Shown: positions 21,342 to 31,282, counted from the stretch's first letter. The stretch is DNA of 64,000 bases from Alphaproteobacteria bacterium (GCA_965248835.1 CBDFLJ010000002.1:1344001-1408000), one strand, 5' to 3'. Notes: generated by a model not told the origin, from the sequence alone. Translations and numbers: made by a program.

Positions 21342-22013
21342 ATGTATGTCGAGCACCGGACCTATTCGATCACGCCCGGCCGGGTCGGCGATTATCTGGC
21401 CGGCTACGGCCCCAAGGGCTATCCGATCCAGAAACGCTACCTGGGCGATTGCTGCATCGGCTCCTACGTCACCGAGATCGGCACCATCCAGGAGATCACG
21501 ATGATGTGGCGCTTCGATTCGCTCGACCAGCGGATGGAGCGCAAGGCCGCCAACGACCGCGATCTGGACTGGCAGCGGCTGATGGCCGACGGGCTGACCC
21601 CGTTCGTCGACCGGGTGGTCACCAAGGTGGTCGTCCCGGCCCCGTTCTGGCAAGACACCGCGGTCGACGGTTCACGCTACCCGTATGTCGAACAGCGCAC
21701 CTATGCGGTCAAACCGGGCCGGGTCGGCGCCTATCTTGCAGCCTATGGCGAGCGCGGCTTCGCGCTGCAGCGGCGCCACTTCGAGGACGCGAGCCTCGGT
21801 GTGTGGACCTCCGAGGTCGGCACCATCCAGGAGGTGACGATGTTCTGGGGCTTCGGCTCGCTCGATGAGCGGATGGAGCGCCGGCGGGCCAACGACGCCG
21901 ATCCCGAATGGGCCGAGCTCAACCGCGACGTGCTGGCGCCCAATATCGAGCGCGTCGTGACCAAGGTGATGTCGCCCACCCCCTATTGGGTGGCTGACCG
22001 GGCGGTGCCATAG
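21342..22013 (+). CDS. Protein with two tandem NIPSNAP domains
   Basis: Two ~100-aa repeats YVE.RTY...PGRVG.YL..Y...E.GTIQE.TM.W.F.SLD.RMER. Confidence 0.8.
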   Translation: MYVEHRTYSITPGRVGDYLAGYGPKGYPIQKRYLGDCCIGSYVTEIGTIQEITMMWRFDSLDQRMERKAANDRDLDWQRLMADGLTPFVDRVVTKVVVPAPFWQDTAVDGSRYPYVEQRTYAVKPGRVGAYLAAYGERGFALQRRHFEDASLGVWTSEVGTIQEVTMFWGFGSLDERMERRRANDADPEWAELNRDVLAPNIERVVTKVMSPTPYWVADRAVP

Positions 22014-23473
22014 AGCAAGCTCCGCAAGACCGACGGGATCAGCCCCGGCAGGTCGTCCGCCACAAGCCCGGGACCAAAAGCAGCCGCGGCCTCGCCGTGG
22101 ATCCAGGCCGCGGCACATCCGGCATCGAACGGGCCGAGCCCCTGCGCCATCAGCCCCGTCGCGATCCCCGCCAGCACGTCGCCGGCACCGGCGGTGGCAA
22201 GGCTCGGCGGCGCATTGACGTTGACCGCCACCCGGCCGTCGGGGGCCGTGATGACCGTGTCGCTCCCCTTCAGGAGGACCGCCGAGCCCGAAACGGCGGC
22301 CGCCGAACGCGCCCTGGCGAGTTTGTCGCCGGAGGCCTCGAACAGGCGGGAGAACTCGCCCTCGTGCGGGGTCATCAGCACCGGCACGCCGGCGATGGCC
22401 GCGAACAGCGCCGCCGGGTCGCCGGCGAAGACGCTGAGCGCATCGGCATCCAGCACCAGGGGTTTTCCGGTGCCTGCGGCGCTCAGGACCGTTCGGCGGG
22501 TCGCCTCGCCCAACCCGGCGCCCGGCCCGATCAGCGCCGCATCCCGCCTGCGGTCGGCAAGATAGGCCGCGAGATCGCCCGGGGCCGCCGCCGGCACAAC
22601 CAGCAGGCTTGCCATGTCGGCCGCGTAGATCGGCACCGCCTCGGGCGGGCAGACCACGCTGGTCAATCCGGCCCCGATCCGCATAGCCGCGCGCGCGGCA
22701 AGCCGGGCCGCCCCGGTCATCGTCCCGCCGCCGGCGATCACCGCATGCCCGCGGCTGTATTTCTGATCGCCCGGCCGCGGCCAGCGCAGCGCGGAGCGCC
22801 ACAGCGCCGGGCCGTTCTCCCACGCCTTCGGCCGGATCTCATCGAGGACGTTCCCGGGAATGCCGATGTCGGCGCAATGGATCTCGCCCATGAGCGCGCG
22901 GCCGGGCATCAGCACGTGGCCGGGCTTCTTGCGGAAAAACGTTACCGTCATCATCGCTTCGGCAGCGGCACCGAGGATCGCCCCGCTATTGCCGTCGACG
23001 CCCGAGGGGACATCGACGGCGACGCAAGGGATGGCCGCACCGGCCAGCGCCTCGATCACCGCGCGTGCGGCGCCGTCGACCTCTCGCACCAGACCGGCAC
23101 CGAAGATCGCATCGACGGCAAGCCTCGCCCCGGCCAGCGCCGCGGGGCTGAGCGGGACGATCGGCCCGGTCCAGCGCCCGGCGTTGAGCGCGGCATCGCC
23201 CTTCAGCGCCGCCCGCTCGCCGAGCAGCGCCACGGTGACCGGCCAGCCGTGCTCGGCCAGCAGGCGGGCGATCACGAAACCGTCGCCGCCATTGTTGCCG
23301 GGCCCGCACAGAATCGCCGTCGGGCGCGGGTCCCAGCGGGCCCGGATGCGATCGGCGACCGCACGGCCGGCGGCCTCCATCAGCGCCTCGCCCGGAATGC
23401 CCGCCGCGATCGCCGCGCGATCGGCGGCATACATCTCATCGACGCTCAGCAACGCCAACTCGTCGCACATCAC
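21983..23473 (-). CDS. nnr: Bifunctional NAD(P)H-hydrate epimerase/dehydratase (YjeF/Nnr)
   Basis: LMEAAG, CGPGNNGGDG, DAIFGAG, VDVPSG, VLDADAL, TPHEGEF, LATAGAGDVLAG. Confidence 0.93.
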   Translation of the reverse strand: MMCDELALLSVDEMYAADRAAIAAGIPGEALMEAAGRAVADRIRARWDPRPTAILCGPGNNGGDGFVIARLLAEHGWPVTVALLGERAALKGDAALNAGRWTGPIVPLSPAALAGARLAVDAIFGAGLVREVDGAARAVIEALAGAAIPCVAVDVPSGVDGNSGAILGAAAEAMMTVTFFRKKPGHVLMPGRALMGEIHCADIGIPGNVLDEIRPKAWENGPALWRSALRWPRPGDQKYSRGHAVIAGGGTMTGAARLAARAAMRIGAGLTSVVCPPEAVPIYAADMASLLVVPAAAPGDLAAYLADRRRDAALIGPGAGLGEATRRTVLSAAGTGKPLVLDADALSVFAGDPAALFAAIAGVPVLMTPHEGEFSRLFEASGDKLARARSAAAVSGSAVLLKGSDTVITAPDGRVAVNVNAPPSLATAGAGDVLAGIATGLMAQGLGPFDAGCAAAWIHGEAAAAFGPGLVADDLPGLIPSVLRSLLYGTARSATQ

Positions 23474-23516
23474 GCCGATCTCCGGTGGCGGCCGCCGCGG
23501 TGGGGTTTCAACCCCT

Positions 23517-24212
23517 TCAGGCTGCGGAATTGCGCCGCTCGCGTGCCTCGAGCTCGGCGATCACCTCTTCGAGGCCCATCACGTCGGCGTATTTGTGGTG
23601 CAGGTCGAACAGGCTGATCTTGTGGATCAAATCGGCCCGGTCGTAGACGCATTCCTCGACCACGGTGGCGTGATAGCCGTTCGAATAGGCATCCACGGTC
23701 GAGGCGCGGACGCAGCCCGAGGTGCTCTCGCCGCAGATGATGAGGCTGTCGATCCCTCGCCGGGTGAGCTGGGCGACCAAGGGCGTGCCGTAGAACGCGC
23801 TGGCGCGCTCCTTCTCGATCACCAGGTCGCCGGGCTCCGGCGCGAAGGCCTCATGGATTGCATAGTCGTCGTCGCGGCCCTGGCCGATCTGCCGGTTGGT
23901 GGCGACGACGCTGCCATCCTTCTGCGCGGCGGTGGTGTAGACCACCGGCAAGCCCGCCATGCGGGCGGCCGCAAACAGCCGCCGGGTCGGCTCGATCGCC
24001 GTCCAGGCGTTGACCCCGCACGCGCTGGGATGGCGGTCGATCAGTTCGATCACCGGCTCGCTGCCGCCGCGATAGGCGAGGTTATAGAGGTCGATCGCCA
24101 GCAGCGCCGGGGACCGCCCGACATGGACGTCGCGCCGGTAGGCGGCATAGATCCTGAGCACGTCCTCGGGAATGACATCGCGCCAGCAATGGTCTTCGAA
24201 ATCACGCGCCAT
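23517..24212 (-). CDS. Isochorismatase-family cysteine amidohydrolase (maleamate / N-carbamoylsarcosine amidase-like)
   Basis: Asp-Lys-Cys triad motifs AIDLY, EKERASAFYGT, GESTSGCVRASTVDA; ATG at 24212. Confidence 0.85.
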   Translation of the reverse strand: MARDFEDHCWRDVIPEDVLRIYAAYRRDVHVGRSPALLAIDLYNLAYRGGSEPVIELIDRHPSACGVNAWTAIEPTRRLFAAARMAGLPVVYTTAAQKDGSVVATNRQIGQGRDDDYAIHEAFAPEPGDLVIEKERASAFYGTPLVAQLTRRGIDSLIICGESTSGCVRASTVDAYSNGYHATVVEECVYDRADLIHKISLFDLHHKYADVMGLEEVIAELEARERRNSAA

Positions 24213-24334
24213 CCTTCGGTCTCCCTCAACCGGAGTGCTGCCATGGGCCAGTTTCCCAGATCCGCCCGCGTTGGTCGAGCGCAGCCCTTGCGCGGCCGGC
24301 CGGTTTCGCGATAGGCCAGACCGGCAGGGAGGAG

Positions 24335-25510
24335 ATGATGACGACGGCAATCGAGAACATCGAGGTCATCCACGTCGCGCTGCCGACCCGGCGCGAGCAC
24401 AAGTGGGCCGGCCTGACCGAGCCGATCGGCGGCTATGTCCTGGTCAAGATGACCGGCGCAAACGGCGTGACGGGATGGGGCGAAGCGCCGGCGCTGAAGG
24501 ATTGGGGCGGCGACTTCGGCCGATATTTCGGCGAATCGCCGGCCACGACCCGGCTCGTCGTCGAGCGCTATCTGGCGCCGGTCGTGATCGGGCTCGACCC
24601 GGCCCAGCCGGTGGCCCTCCACCGGGCGATGGATGCGATGATCAAGGGCTACCCCTACGCCAAGGCGGCGGTCGAGATGGCGGCCTACGATCTGGCCGGG
24701 CGCACGCTGGGTGTGCCGGTCCATGTGCTGTTGGGCGGGCTGGTGCGCGCAACGGTCCCGATCACCCATTCGATCGGGCTGCTGGATATCGAGCAAGCGG
24801 TCCAGGAGTGCCGCAAGGTCACCGCCGAGGGTATCCGGACCATCAAGATCAAAGTCGGGATCGATCCCGAGCGCGACGTCGAGATCGTCCGCCGAGTCCG
24901 CGAGGCCGTCGGTCCGGCTACCGATTTGTGCGCGGATGCGAACCAGGGCTATCGGACCCCGCATGAAGCGATCCGCACCATCCGCGCGATGGAGCCGGAA
25001 AGGCTGATCTACGCCGAGCAGCCGGTCGAGGGGATCGACCGCATGGCCGAGGTCGCCCGCGGCGTCGGTGTGCCCCTGATGGCCGACGAGAGCGCCTGGA
25101 ACGCCCGCGACGTCTTCGAGATCGCCGAGCGGCGGGCTGCGGAGATCGTCTCGATCTATGCCACCAAGCCCGGCGGGCTCTACCGTGCGATGCAGGTCGC
25201 CGCCGTCGCCAAGGCGGCAGGGTTGATCTGCAACGTCAACGGCTCGGTCGAGACCGGGATCGGCAATCTCGCCAACATTCACCTCGCAGCCGCTGCCGAA
25301 CCGGTGAGCCTGAGCTGCGTTGTGCCGATCTCCACCCCGGCCGGGCACCGCACCGACCAGGTCGGCGGGATCTACTACACCGACGACCTGATCGCCGCCC
25401 CGTTCACGGTCAGGGATGGCGCGGTCGTCGTGCCGACCGGCCCCGGCATGGGTATCGACGTCGACCCGGAGAAGATTGAACGCTACCGGGTGCGCGAGGA
25501 GCGCCCATGA
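24335..25510 (+). CDS. Enolase-superfamily enzyme, muconate-lactonizing (MLE) subgroup
   Basis: GWGEA, AKAAVEMAAYDL.GR..GVPV..LLGG, KIKVG, DANQG, EQP, DES, PTGPGMG. Confidence 0.88.
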   Translation: MMTTAIENIEVIHVALPTRREHKWAGLTEPIGGYVLVKMTGANGVTGWGEAPALKDWGGDFGRYFGESPATTRLVVERYLAPVVIGLDPAQPVALHRAMDAMIKGYPYAKAAVEMAAYDLAGRTLGVPVHVLLGGLVRATVPITHSIGLLDIEQAVQECRKVTAEGIRTIKIKVGIDPERDVEIVRRVREAVGPATDLCADANQGYRTPHEAIRTIRAMEPERLIYAEQPVEGIDRMAEVARGVGVPLMADESAWNARDVFEIAERRAAEIVSIYATKPGGLYRAMQVAAVAKAAGLICNVNGSVETGIGNLANIHLAAAAEPVSLSCVVPISTPAGHRTDQVGGIYYTDDLIAAPFTVRDGAVVVPTGPGMGIDVDPEKIERYRVREERP

Positions 25511-25549
25511 CGCCGTGTGCGTTGCACCCGAATGACACGGGAAACTTGG

Positions 25550-26668
25550 ATGCGCGCGGAGATCGTTAGACGCCTGACGGAAGCGATGAGCCCGGCTGGG
25601 CTCGACGCGGTGATCGCCGTCTCGCCGGAGAACTTCGCCTACATCGCCGGGTTCGTCGTCCCCTCCCAGCCGTTGATGCGCTGGCGCCACGCGATGGCGA
25701 TCCTGACGGCAAGCGGCGCCGGATCGATTGTCTGCGTGGACATGGAAGAGACCACGGTCACCGGCCACGCGGACGGCGTGCCGGTCCGCGCCTGGGGCGA
25801 GTTCACCGACGATGCGATGGCGGTGCTGGCCGATGAGCTCCAGCGCCTGGGGCTCGGCACGGCGCGGATCGGGATCGAGCTCGACTATCTGCCGGCGCGC
25901 GACTTCGGCAAGCTCGATGCGGCCCTGCCCAACGCGCGGTTTGCCACGATCGATGCCATGCTGGATGAGATGCGCCAGCGCAAGACCGACGACGAGATCA
26001 CCCTGTTGCGCCGGCTGTCGCGAATCGCCGACAAGGCGATCGGCGATGCCTTCGCCGCGGTCTCTCCGGGCGATACCGAGATGGACATCGCCGCCGCGCT
26101 GACCCGCAGCGTCTACGCGCAGGGGGCGGAGCAGTTCCGCCTGATGATCGTCGCCACCGGCGAGCGCAGCCAGCTTCCCAATGTCGGGCCCACGGAGCGG
26201 GTGTTAGAGCCGGGCGATGTCTGCCGGGTCGAAATCTTCCCGATGATCGGCGGCTATCATGCCGGCGTCTGCCGCACCGCCGTGGTCGGCGCGCCGCCCG
26301 AGGGCGCCGAGCGGATCTGGCGAAATCTGGTCTCGTGCAAGCACATGCTGATGGAGATGATCTGCCCCGGTGCGGCCGCGCGGGCGATCTACGACGCCTT
26401 CCTAGGCCGCTTCGGCGAGCTCGGCCTGCCGCCGATCGCCTTCGTCGGCCACGGCATCGGCTTGCACCTGCACGAGGCGCCGTACCTCGCCGCGCACGAA
26501 ACCGCCAGCCTCGCGCCCGGCATGGTTCTGGGGGTCGAGCCCCTGGTCTACCGGACCGGCCTCGGATACGGCATGCAGCTCAAGGACATGATCGCAGTGA
26601 CCGAGGACGGCCCGGCCGACCTGCTGTCTGATGCGACGGACAACGACAGCCTGATCGTGGTCGAATAA
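25550..26668 (+). CDS. M24 (pita-bread fold) Xaa-Pro peptidase / creatinase-like hydrolase
   Basis: Creatinase N-domain (SPENFAY..G), RQRKTDDEI, GHGIGLHLHEAP, VEP; start uncertain (25517, 25532 or 25550). Confidence 0.85.
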   Translation: MRAEIVRRLTEAMSPAGLDAVIAVSPENFAYIAGFVVPSQPLMRWRHAMAILTASGAGSIVCVDMEETTVTGHADGVPVRAWGEFTDDAMAVLADELQRLGLGTARIGIELDYLPARDFGKLDAALPNARFATIDAMLDEMRQRKTDDEITLLRRLSRIADKAIGDAFAAVSPGDTEMDIAAALTRSVYAQGAEQFRLMIVATGERSQLPNVGPTERVLEPGDVCRVEIFPMIGGYHAGVCRTAVVGAPPEGAERIWRNLVSCKHMLMEMICPGAAARAIYDAFLGRFGELGLPPIAFVGHGIGLHLHEAPYLAAHETASLAPGMVLGVEPLVYRTGLGYGMQLKDMIAVTEDGPADLLSDATDNDSLIVVE

Positions 26669-26705
26669 GCTCGGGGACGCATTCAGCGGCGCGGCAGCGC
26701 ACTGA

Positions 26706-27692
26706 TCAGGTCGAGCGGACCAGATCGAGCGCTGCCCGCTCGCCGGCCGCATCGCCGACAACCAGCAGGACCGGCTCGTCGATTCCAGCCTCTTGATAGG
26801 CGGCGATGCGCTGCCGGCACGCCTCGGCCGGTCCGCACACGCCGAACGCCTCGACCGCGTCGTCGGGGATAAGCGATGCGGCCTGGTCCATGTCGCGGCG
26901 GGCGATCGCGGCCTTGACCGCGTCACGGTCGACGGAGATGCCCGATGCAGCCACGCTTTCGGCGACGAAATCGTTGCGCATCATGAAGGCGATCTTGGGC
27001 CTCAGCCGGTCGAGCGCGGCGCGGCGGTCCTCATCGACCGCGGTGTAGAGATAGCCCGCGCGGCGGATCCGCGCCGGGTCGCGGCCCGCGCGCACGGCCC
27101 CCTCGGCAACCCGGGCGAGCGAGAGCGCGGCATGTTCGACCGTCAGCCCGGCCGACAGCACCACCCCGTCGGCCCGCTCGCCGGTCAGGCGGAGCATCAT
27201 CGGTCCCATCGCCGCGACATAGATCGGGATCGGCTCGGCCGGACGGAAGGCCATCCGCATACCGGCCAGGCGAAAGACCTCGCCCTCGTAGGTCCCGCCC
27301 TCGCCGGACCAGAGCCGGCGCAGGCAGTCGATGAACTCGCCCATCGCGCGCAACGGATTTTCGAGCTTCGCTCCGGCTTCGGCGAGGAACATCGGGTTGC
27401 CCGAGCCCAGCGCGATCGCCGCCCGGCCCGGGGCGGCCTCGGCGATGGTCGCCATCGCCATCGCGACCGGGACGGGGTGCCAAAGATACGGGCTGATCGC
27501 CGTCGGGATGACCGTCGCGCGCTCGGTCGACAATGCGAAGGCGGTGCACGAGACCATAGACTGGCGGTAGCCCAGATGCTCGGCCATCCACAGGTTCCGC
27601 ACCCCGGCCGCCTCGGCGCGGCGGGCGAGCGCCAGCGCGTCCTGGAAGGTCGCGAACCCGTCGAAGCTCACCCCGAATGCCGGCGCGTTCAC
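26706..27692 (-). CDS. LLM-class oxidoreductase, Mer-like, probably F420-dependent
   Basis: ARRAEAAG...LWMAEH, ATIAEAAPGR..IALGSG, PIPIYVAAMGPMML.L.GE.ADGV. Confidence 0.8.
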   Translation of the reverse strand: MNAPAFGVSFDGFATFQDALALARRAEAAGVRNLWMAEHLGYRQSMVSCTAFALSTERATVIPTAISPYLWHPVPVAMAMATIAEAAPGRAAIALGSGNPMFLAEAGAKLENPLRAMGEFIDCLRRLWSGEGGTYEGEVFRLAGMRMAFRPAEPIPIYVAAMGPMMLRLTGERADGVVLSAGLTVEHAALSLARVAEGAVRAGRDPARIRRAGYLYTAVDEDRRAALDRLRPKIAFMMRNDFVAESVAASGISVDRDAVKAAIARRDMDQAASLIPDDAVEAFGVCGPAEACRQRIAAYQEAGIDEPVLLVVGDAAGERAALDLVRST

Positions 27693-28798
27693 CGCCCCTC
27701 CCCCTCGGTCACCAGGCGGTGCAGCGCGGCCGACTCCAGGCCGGCGATGCCCATGCGTTCCAGGCTTAGCCCGGTTGCGGCGTAGTCAATGCCGGTCGCC
27801 GCCGATAGCAGAGCGATGTGAGCATCGATCGTCGGTGTCGGAACGCCGGCCAGCCTGCCGAATGCCGCGATCGGCACCAGGCCGTAGCCGACATCCTCAT
27901 GGACATAGCGATGGTCGAGCGAGGACGGGCTGCGCAGCGTCGCGTTGGGTGCGCTTTCGCGACACGCGCGGGCGACCGAACCGCTGTCGGCGGCCTCTCT
28001 CGTCGTCAACCCGGCGTTGAAGAAAATCTCAAGGAACGGCTTCGCAGGCACGCCAAGCGCTTGGGCGACCGCCATGCGTTCGGCGTCGATCGCGCCGACC
28101 ACGCGGCCGACCGCCTCGGTCATCCCTTCCTTGTAGAACAGGAAATCACCGTCGGTGTCCTCGATCCAGCCGGCATTCATCAGCATGCCCGGCGGGTGAA
28201 AGATCGCGTTGATGTTGGCAAGTCCGGTCTCGAGCACGCTGGAGGCTGCCCGGATTTCCGGGAACAGCGGCTGCACCTCGGCGTGCAGCCGGGCGGTGGC
28301 GCTGCCCGGCAGGGCCGCGAACATGAGCCGCTTGGTGTAGGAATAGATCCCCACCGTCGCCGGTCCTTCCATCCGGGCGATATAGGTCAACGTGACCGTC
28401 TCGCAGGTCTCGAGCGGCGCGGTGTGACCTGCGCGGCGGAGTTCCGTGCGGAAATGGAGGCCGCCCCCGGTATGGCCCGGATCGAGGAAGACCGGCACGC
28501 CCGGCGCCAGCACGCCCGCCAGGGCTTCGGCGTAGTAGGCATGCGCCACCGCGGGGACGACCAGCATCACCAGGTCGGCGCCATCGACAGCCGCCGCGAC
28601 ATCGGTGGTCAGCAACGCCGGCATCCCGGTGCCCTCGAAGATGCCGCGCGCGGTGATCCCGCCGTGCGCGCGGATCGGGGCCAGGCGCTCCTCGCTCCTG
28701 GCATGCAGCCGGACCTCGAAGCCGCGGCGGGTCAGGTCCGCCGCCGCGGCATGGCCCCCATGACCCGCCCCCAGTACCGCGACCGATGTGATAGCCAT
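27689..28798 (-). CDS. NAD/NADP opine (octopine/nopaline) dehydrogenase family protein
   Basis: VAVLGAGHGGHA.AADL, PGHTGG, ETGL.N.NAIFHP, FLFY.EG, HRYVHEDVGYGLVP, GVPTP. Confidence 0.88.
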   Translation of the reverse strand: MAITSVAVLGAGHGGHAAAADLTRRGFEVRLHARSEERLAPIRAHGGITARGIFEGTGMPALLTTDVAAAVDGADLVMLVVPAVAHAYYAEALAGVLAPGVPVFLDPGHTGGGLHFRTELRRAGHTAPLETCETVTLTYIARMEGPATVGIYSYTKRLMFAALPGSATARLHAEVQPLFPEIRAASSVLETGLANINAIFHPPGMLMNAGWIEDTDGDFLFYKEGMTEAVGRVVGAIDAERMAVAQALGVPAKPFLEIFFNAGLTTREAADSGSVARACRESAPNATLRSPSSLDHRYVHEDVGYGLVPIAAFGRLAGVPTPTIDAHIALLSAATGIDYAATGLSLERMGIAGLESAALHRLVTEGEGR

Positions 28799-28927
28799 CG
28801 CCTCCCCCGCCTGGCTGCGGATTTCGCGCGGCGATCTTGATCGGACCGGCCCGAACGGGCAAGACGTGACACCGGTGCCCGTTTGCGGCTATGTCCTGGG
28901 CAGGAACGCGAGGAGGCGATAAGGACG

Positions 28928-31282
28928 ATGAGGCGCGGACTGCCAGAGAGAGCGCGCTTGCGCACGCGGTTGCTCGAGACCTCGGTGGAGGCGTTGTGCG
29001 CCGAGGCTGCGGAAATCCGCGATGCCGGTCACGGCGAGGTCATCACCTGGTCACGCAAGGTGTTCATCCCGCTGACCCGGCTGTGCCGCGATGTCTGCCA
29101 CTACTGCACCTTTGCCGCCCCGCCGAAGAAAGGGGTCGACGCCTATCTGAGCGCGGAAGAGGTTCTGGCGATCGCACGCGCCGGTGCTGCGGCCGGCTGC
29201 AAGGAGGCGCTGTTCACGCTGGGCGACAAGCCCGAGCTGCGCTATCGCGCCGCGCGCGAGGCGCTGGCGGAGCTCGGCTTCGCCACCACCATCGATTATC
29301 TCGTCCATGCCGCGCGCCTGGTCTTCGAAGAAACCGGACTGCTGCCGCACGCCAACCCGGGCGTCCTCGGCGCCGGGGACGTGGCTGCCTTGCGCCCGGT
29401 CTCGGTCTCGCAGGGGTTGATGCTGGAGAGTCTCTCGCCCCGGCTCGCCGCGCGCGGGATGGCCCATCACGGCTCGCCCGACAAACGTCCCGCAGCGCGG
29501 CTTGCGACCCTCCGCCACGCCGGTGCGCAGTCTGTCCCATTCACCACCGGGATTCTCATCGGCATCGGCGAGACCCGCGGCGAACGGCTGGACGACCTGT
29601 TCACCATCGCCGACCTGCACGCGCGCTACGGTCACGTCCAGGAAGTGATCGTCCAGAACTTCCGCGCCAAGCCCGGCACCAGGATGGAAGCGGCGCCGGA
29701 GCCGGACATCGACGACCTCGCCTGGACGATCGCCGCGGCCCGGATCGTGCTGGGTCCGACCATGAACATCCAGGCCCCGCCCAACCTCAGCGCCGAAAGC
29801 TGGCCCGACCTGATCGATGCCGGGCTCAACGACTGGGGCGGGATCTCTCCGGTGACGCCCGACCACGTCAACCCGGAGGCGCCGTGGCCGCAGATTCCGG
29901 CACTGGCCACGGGCACCGCCGCCAAGGGAAAGGTCCTGGTAGAGCGGCTCGCGGTCTATCCCGAATATGCCCGCGAGCCCGGACGCTGGCTCGATGCCGC
30001 CCTGGCACCGGCGGTGCTGCGGATGAGCGATGCCGAAGGAAGGGCGCGCGAGGACGCGTGGGCGCCGGGCATGCCGGACGCGCTTCCGGTCCTGCCGGCG
30101 GCGGCGCTCAGGACATCGCCCGGGATCGCGCGCATCCTGGACCGCGCTGGCGACGGCGCCCGGCTCGAGGTCGGTGAGATCGCTGCGTTGTTCGGCGTGC
30201 GCGAAGGCGGCTTCACCGCGGTCTGCGAGGCCGCCGACGACCTGCGGCGAAGCGCCGTCGGCGATCGCGTCACCTACGTGGTCAACCGCAACATCAACTA
30301 CACCAATATCTGTTCCTACGCCTGCCGCTTCTGCGCCTTCTCCAAGGGCCGCGCGAGCGCCGGGCTGCGCGGGACGCCTTACGACCTGGGTCTGGACGAG
30401 ATCAGCCGGCGAGTGGCCGAGGCCTGGGACCGCGGCGCGACCGAGGTGTGCCTGCAAGGCGGCATCCATCCCGACTACACGGGCGAGACCTATCTCGCGA
30501 TCACCCGCGCCGTGAAGGAGGCCGCACCCGACATCCATGTCCATGCTTTCTCGCCCCTGGAGATCAGTCAGGGTGCGGCAAGCCTCGGGCTCGGCGTCGC
30601 TGACTTTCTCGAACGCCTGATCGAGGCCGGGCTCGGCTCGCTGCCGGGCACGGCGGCGGAGATCCTCGATCCACCGATCCGTAAGATCCTCTGTCCCGAC
30701 AAGGTCACGACCGCGCAATGGCTGTCGGTCATCGGGACGGCGCATCGTCTTGGTCTGCGCACCACCGCAACGATCATGTTCGGCAGCGTCGAGGGTCCGG
30801 AGTCCTGGGCCCGGCATCTCAACCACGTCCGCGACTTGCAGGCGGAGACCGGCGGCTTCACCGAGTTCGTCCCGCTGCCCTTCGTCCACATGGAGGCGCC
30901 GATCTACCTGCGCGGTCAGGCGCGCAAGGGGCCGACCTGGCGCGAAGCCGTGTTGATGCACGCCGTTGCCCGGCTCGCGCTCAACCCGCTGATCGACAAC
31001 ATCCAGACCTCCTGGGTCAAGATGGGGCGCAACGGCGCTGCGGCGTGCCTCGATGCCGGGGTCAACGACCTGGGCGGCACGCTGATGAACGAAAGCATTT
31101 CGCGCGCGGCCGGCACCACCCACGGCCAGGAGCTGCCGCCGGCGGAGATCGAAGCCCTCGCCCGCTCCGCCGGCCGGCACGCCGCTCAGCGCTCGACGCT
31201 CTACGGCCCGGTCGATGAACGGCGGACGGCCGCCTCGTACCAGGCAGGGCCGCTTGCGCCCATAATGACCGCGGCACAATGA
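28928..31282 (+). CDS. fbiC: FO synthase, bifunctional CofG-CofH fusion
   Basis: Two radical-SAM motifs CRDVCHYC and CSYACRFC; KVFIPLT, NRNINYTN, NDLGGTLMNESI. Confidence 0.95.
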   Translation: MRRGLPERARLRTRLLETSVEALCAEAAEIRDAGHGEVITWSRKVFIPLTRLCRDVCHYCTFAAPPKKGVDAYLSAEEVLAIARAGAAAGCKEALFTLGDKPELRYRAAREALAELGFATTIDYLVHAARLVFEETGLLPHANPGVLGAGDVAALRPVSVSQGLMLESLSPRLAARGMAHHGSPDKRPAARLATLRHAGAQSVPFTTGILIGIGETRGERLDDLFTIADLHARYGHVQEVIVQNFRAKPGTRMEAAPEPDIDDLAWTIAAARIVLGPTMNIQAPPNLSAESWPDLIDAGLNDWGGISPVTPDHVNPEAPWPQIPALATGTAAKGKVLVERLAVYPEYAREPGRWLDAALAPAVLRMSDAEGRAREDAWAPGMPDALPVLPAAALRTSPGIARILDRAGDGARLEVGEIAALFGVREGGFTAVCEAADDLRRSAVGDRVTYVVNRNINYTNICSYACRFCAFSKGRASAGLRGTPYDLGLDEISRRVAEAWDRGATEVCLQGGIHPDYTGETYLAITRAVKEAAPDIHVHAFSPLEISQGAASLGLGVADFLERLIEAGLGSLPGTAAEILDPPIRKILCPDKVTTAQWLSVIGTAHRLGLRTTATIMFGSVEGPESWARHLNHVRDLQAETGGFTEFVPLPFVHMEAPIYLRGQARKGPTWREAVLMHAVARLALNPLIDNIQTSWVKMGRNGAAACLDAGVNDLGGTLMNESISRAAGTTHGQELPPAEIEALARSAGRHAAQRSTLYGPVDERRTAASYQAGPLAPIMTAAQ

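Noticed and set aside
27689-28798. Opine dehydrogenase as CntM of a staphylopine/pseudopaline-type metallophore cluster
   Set aside because: No nicotianamine-synthase-like CntL, exporter or metal transporter nearby
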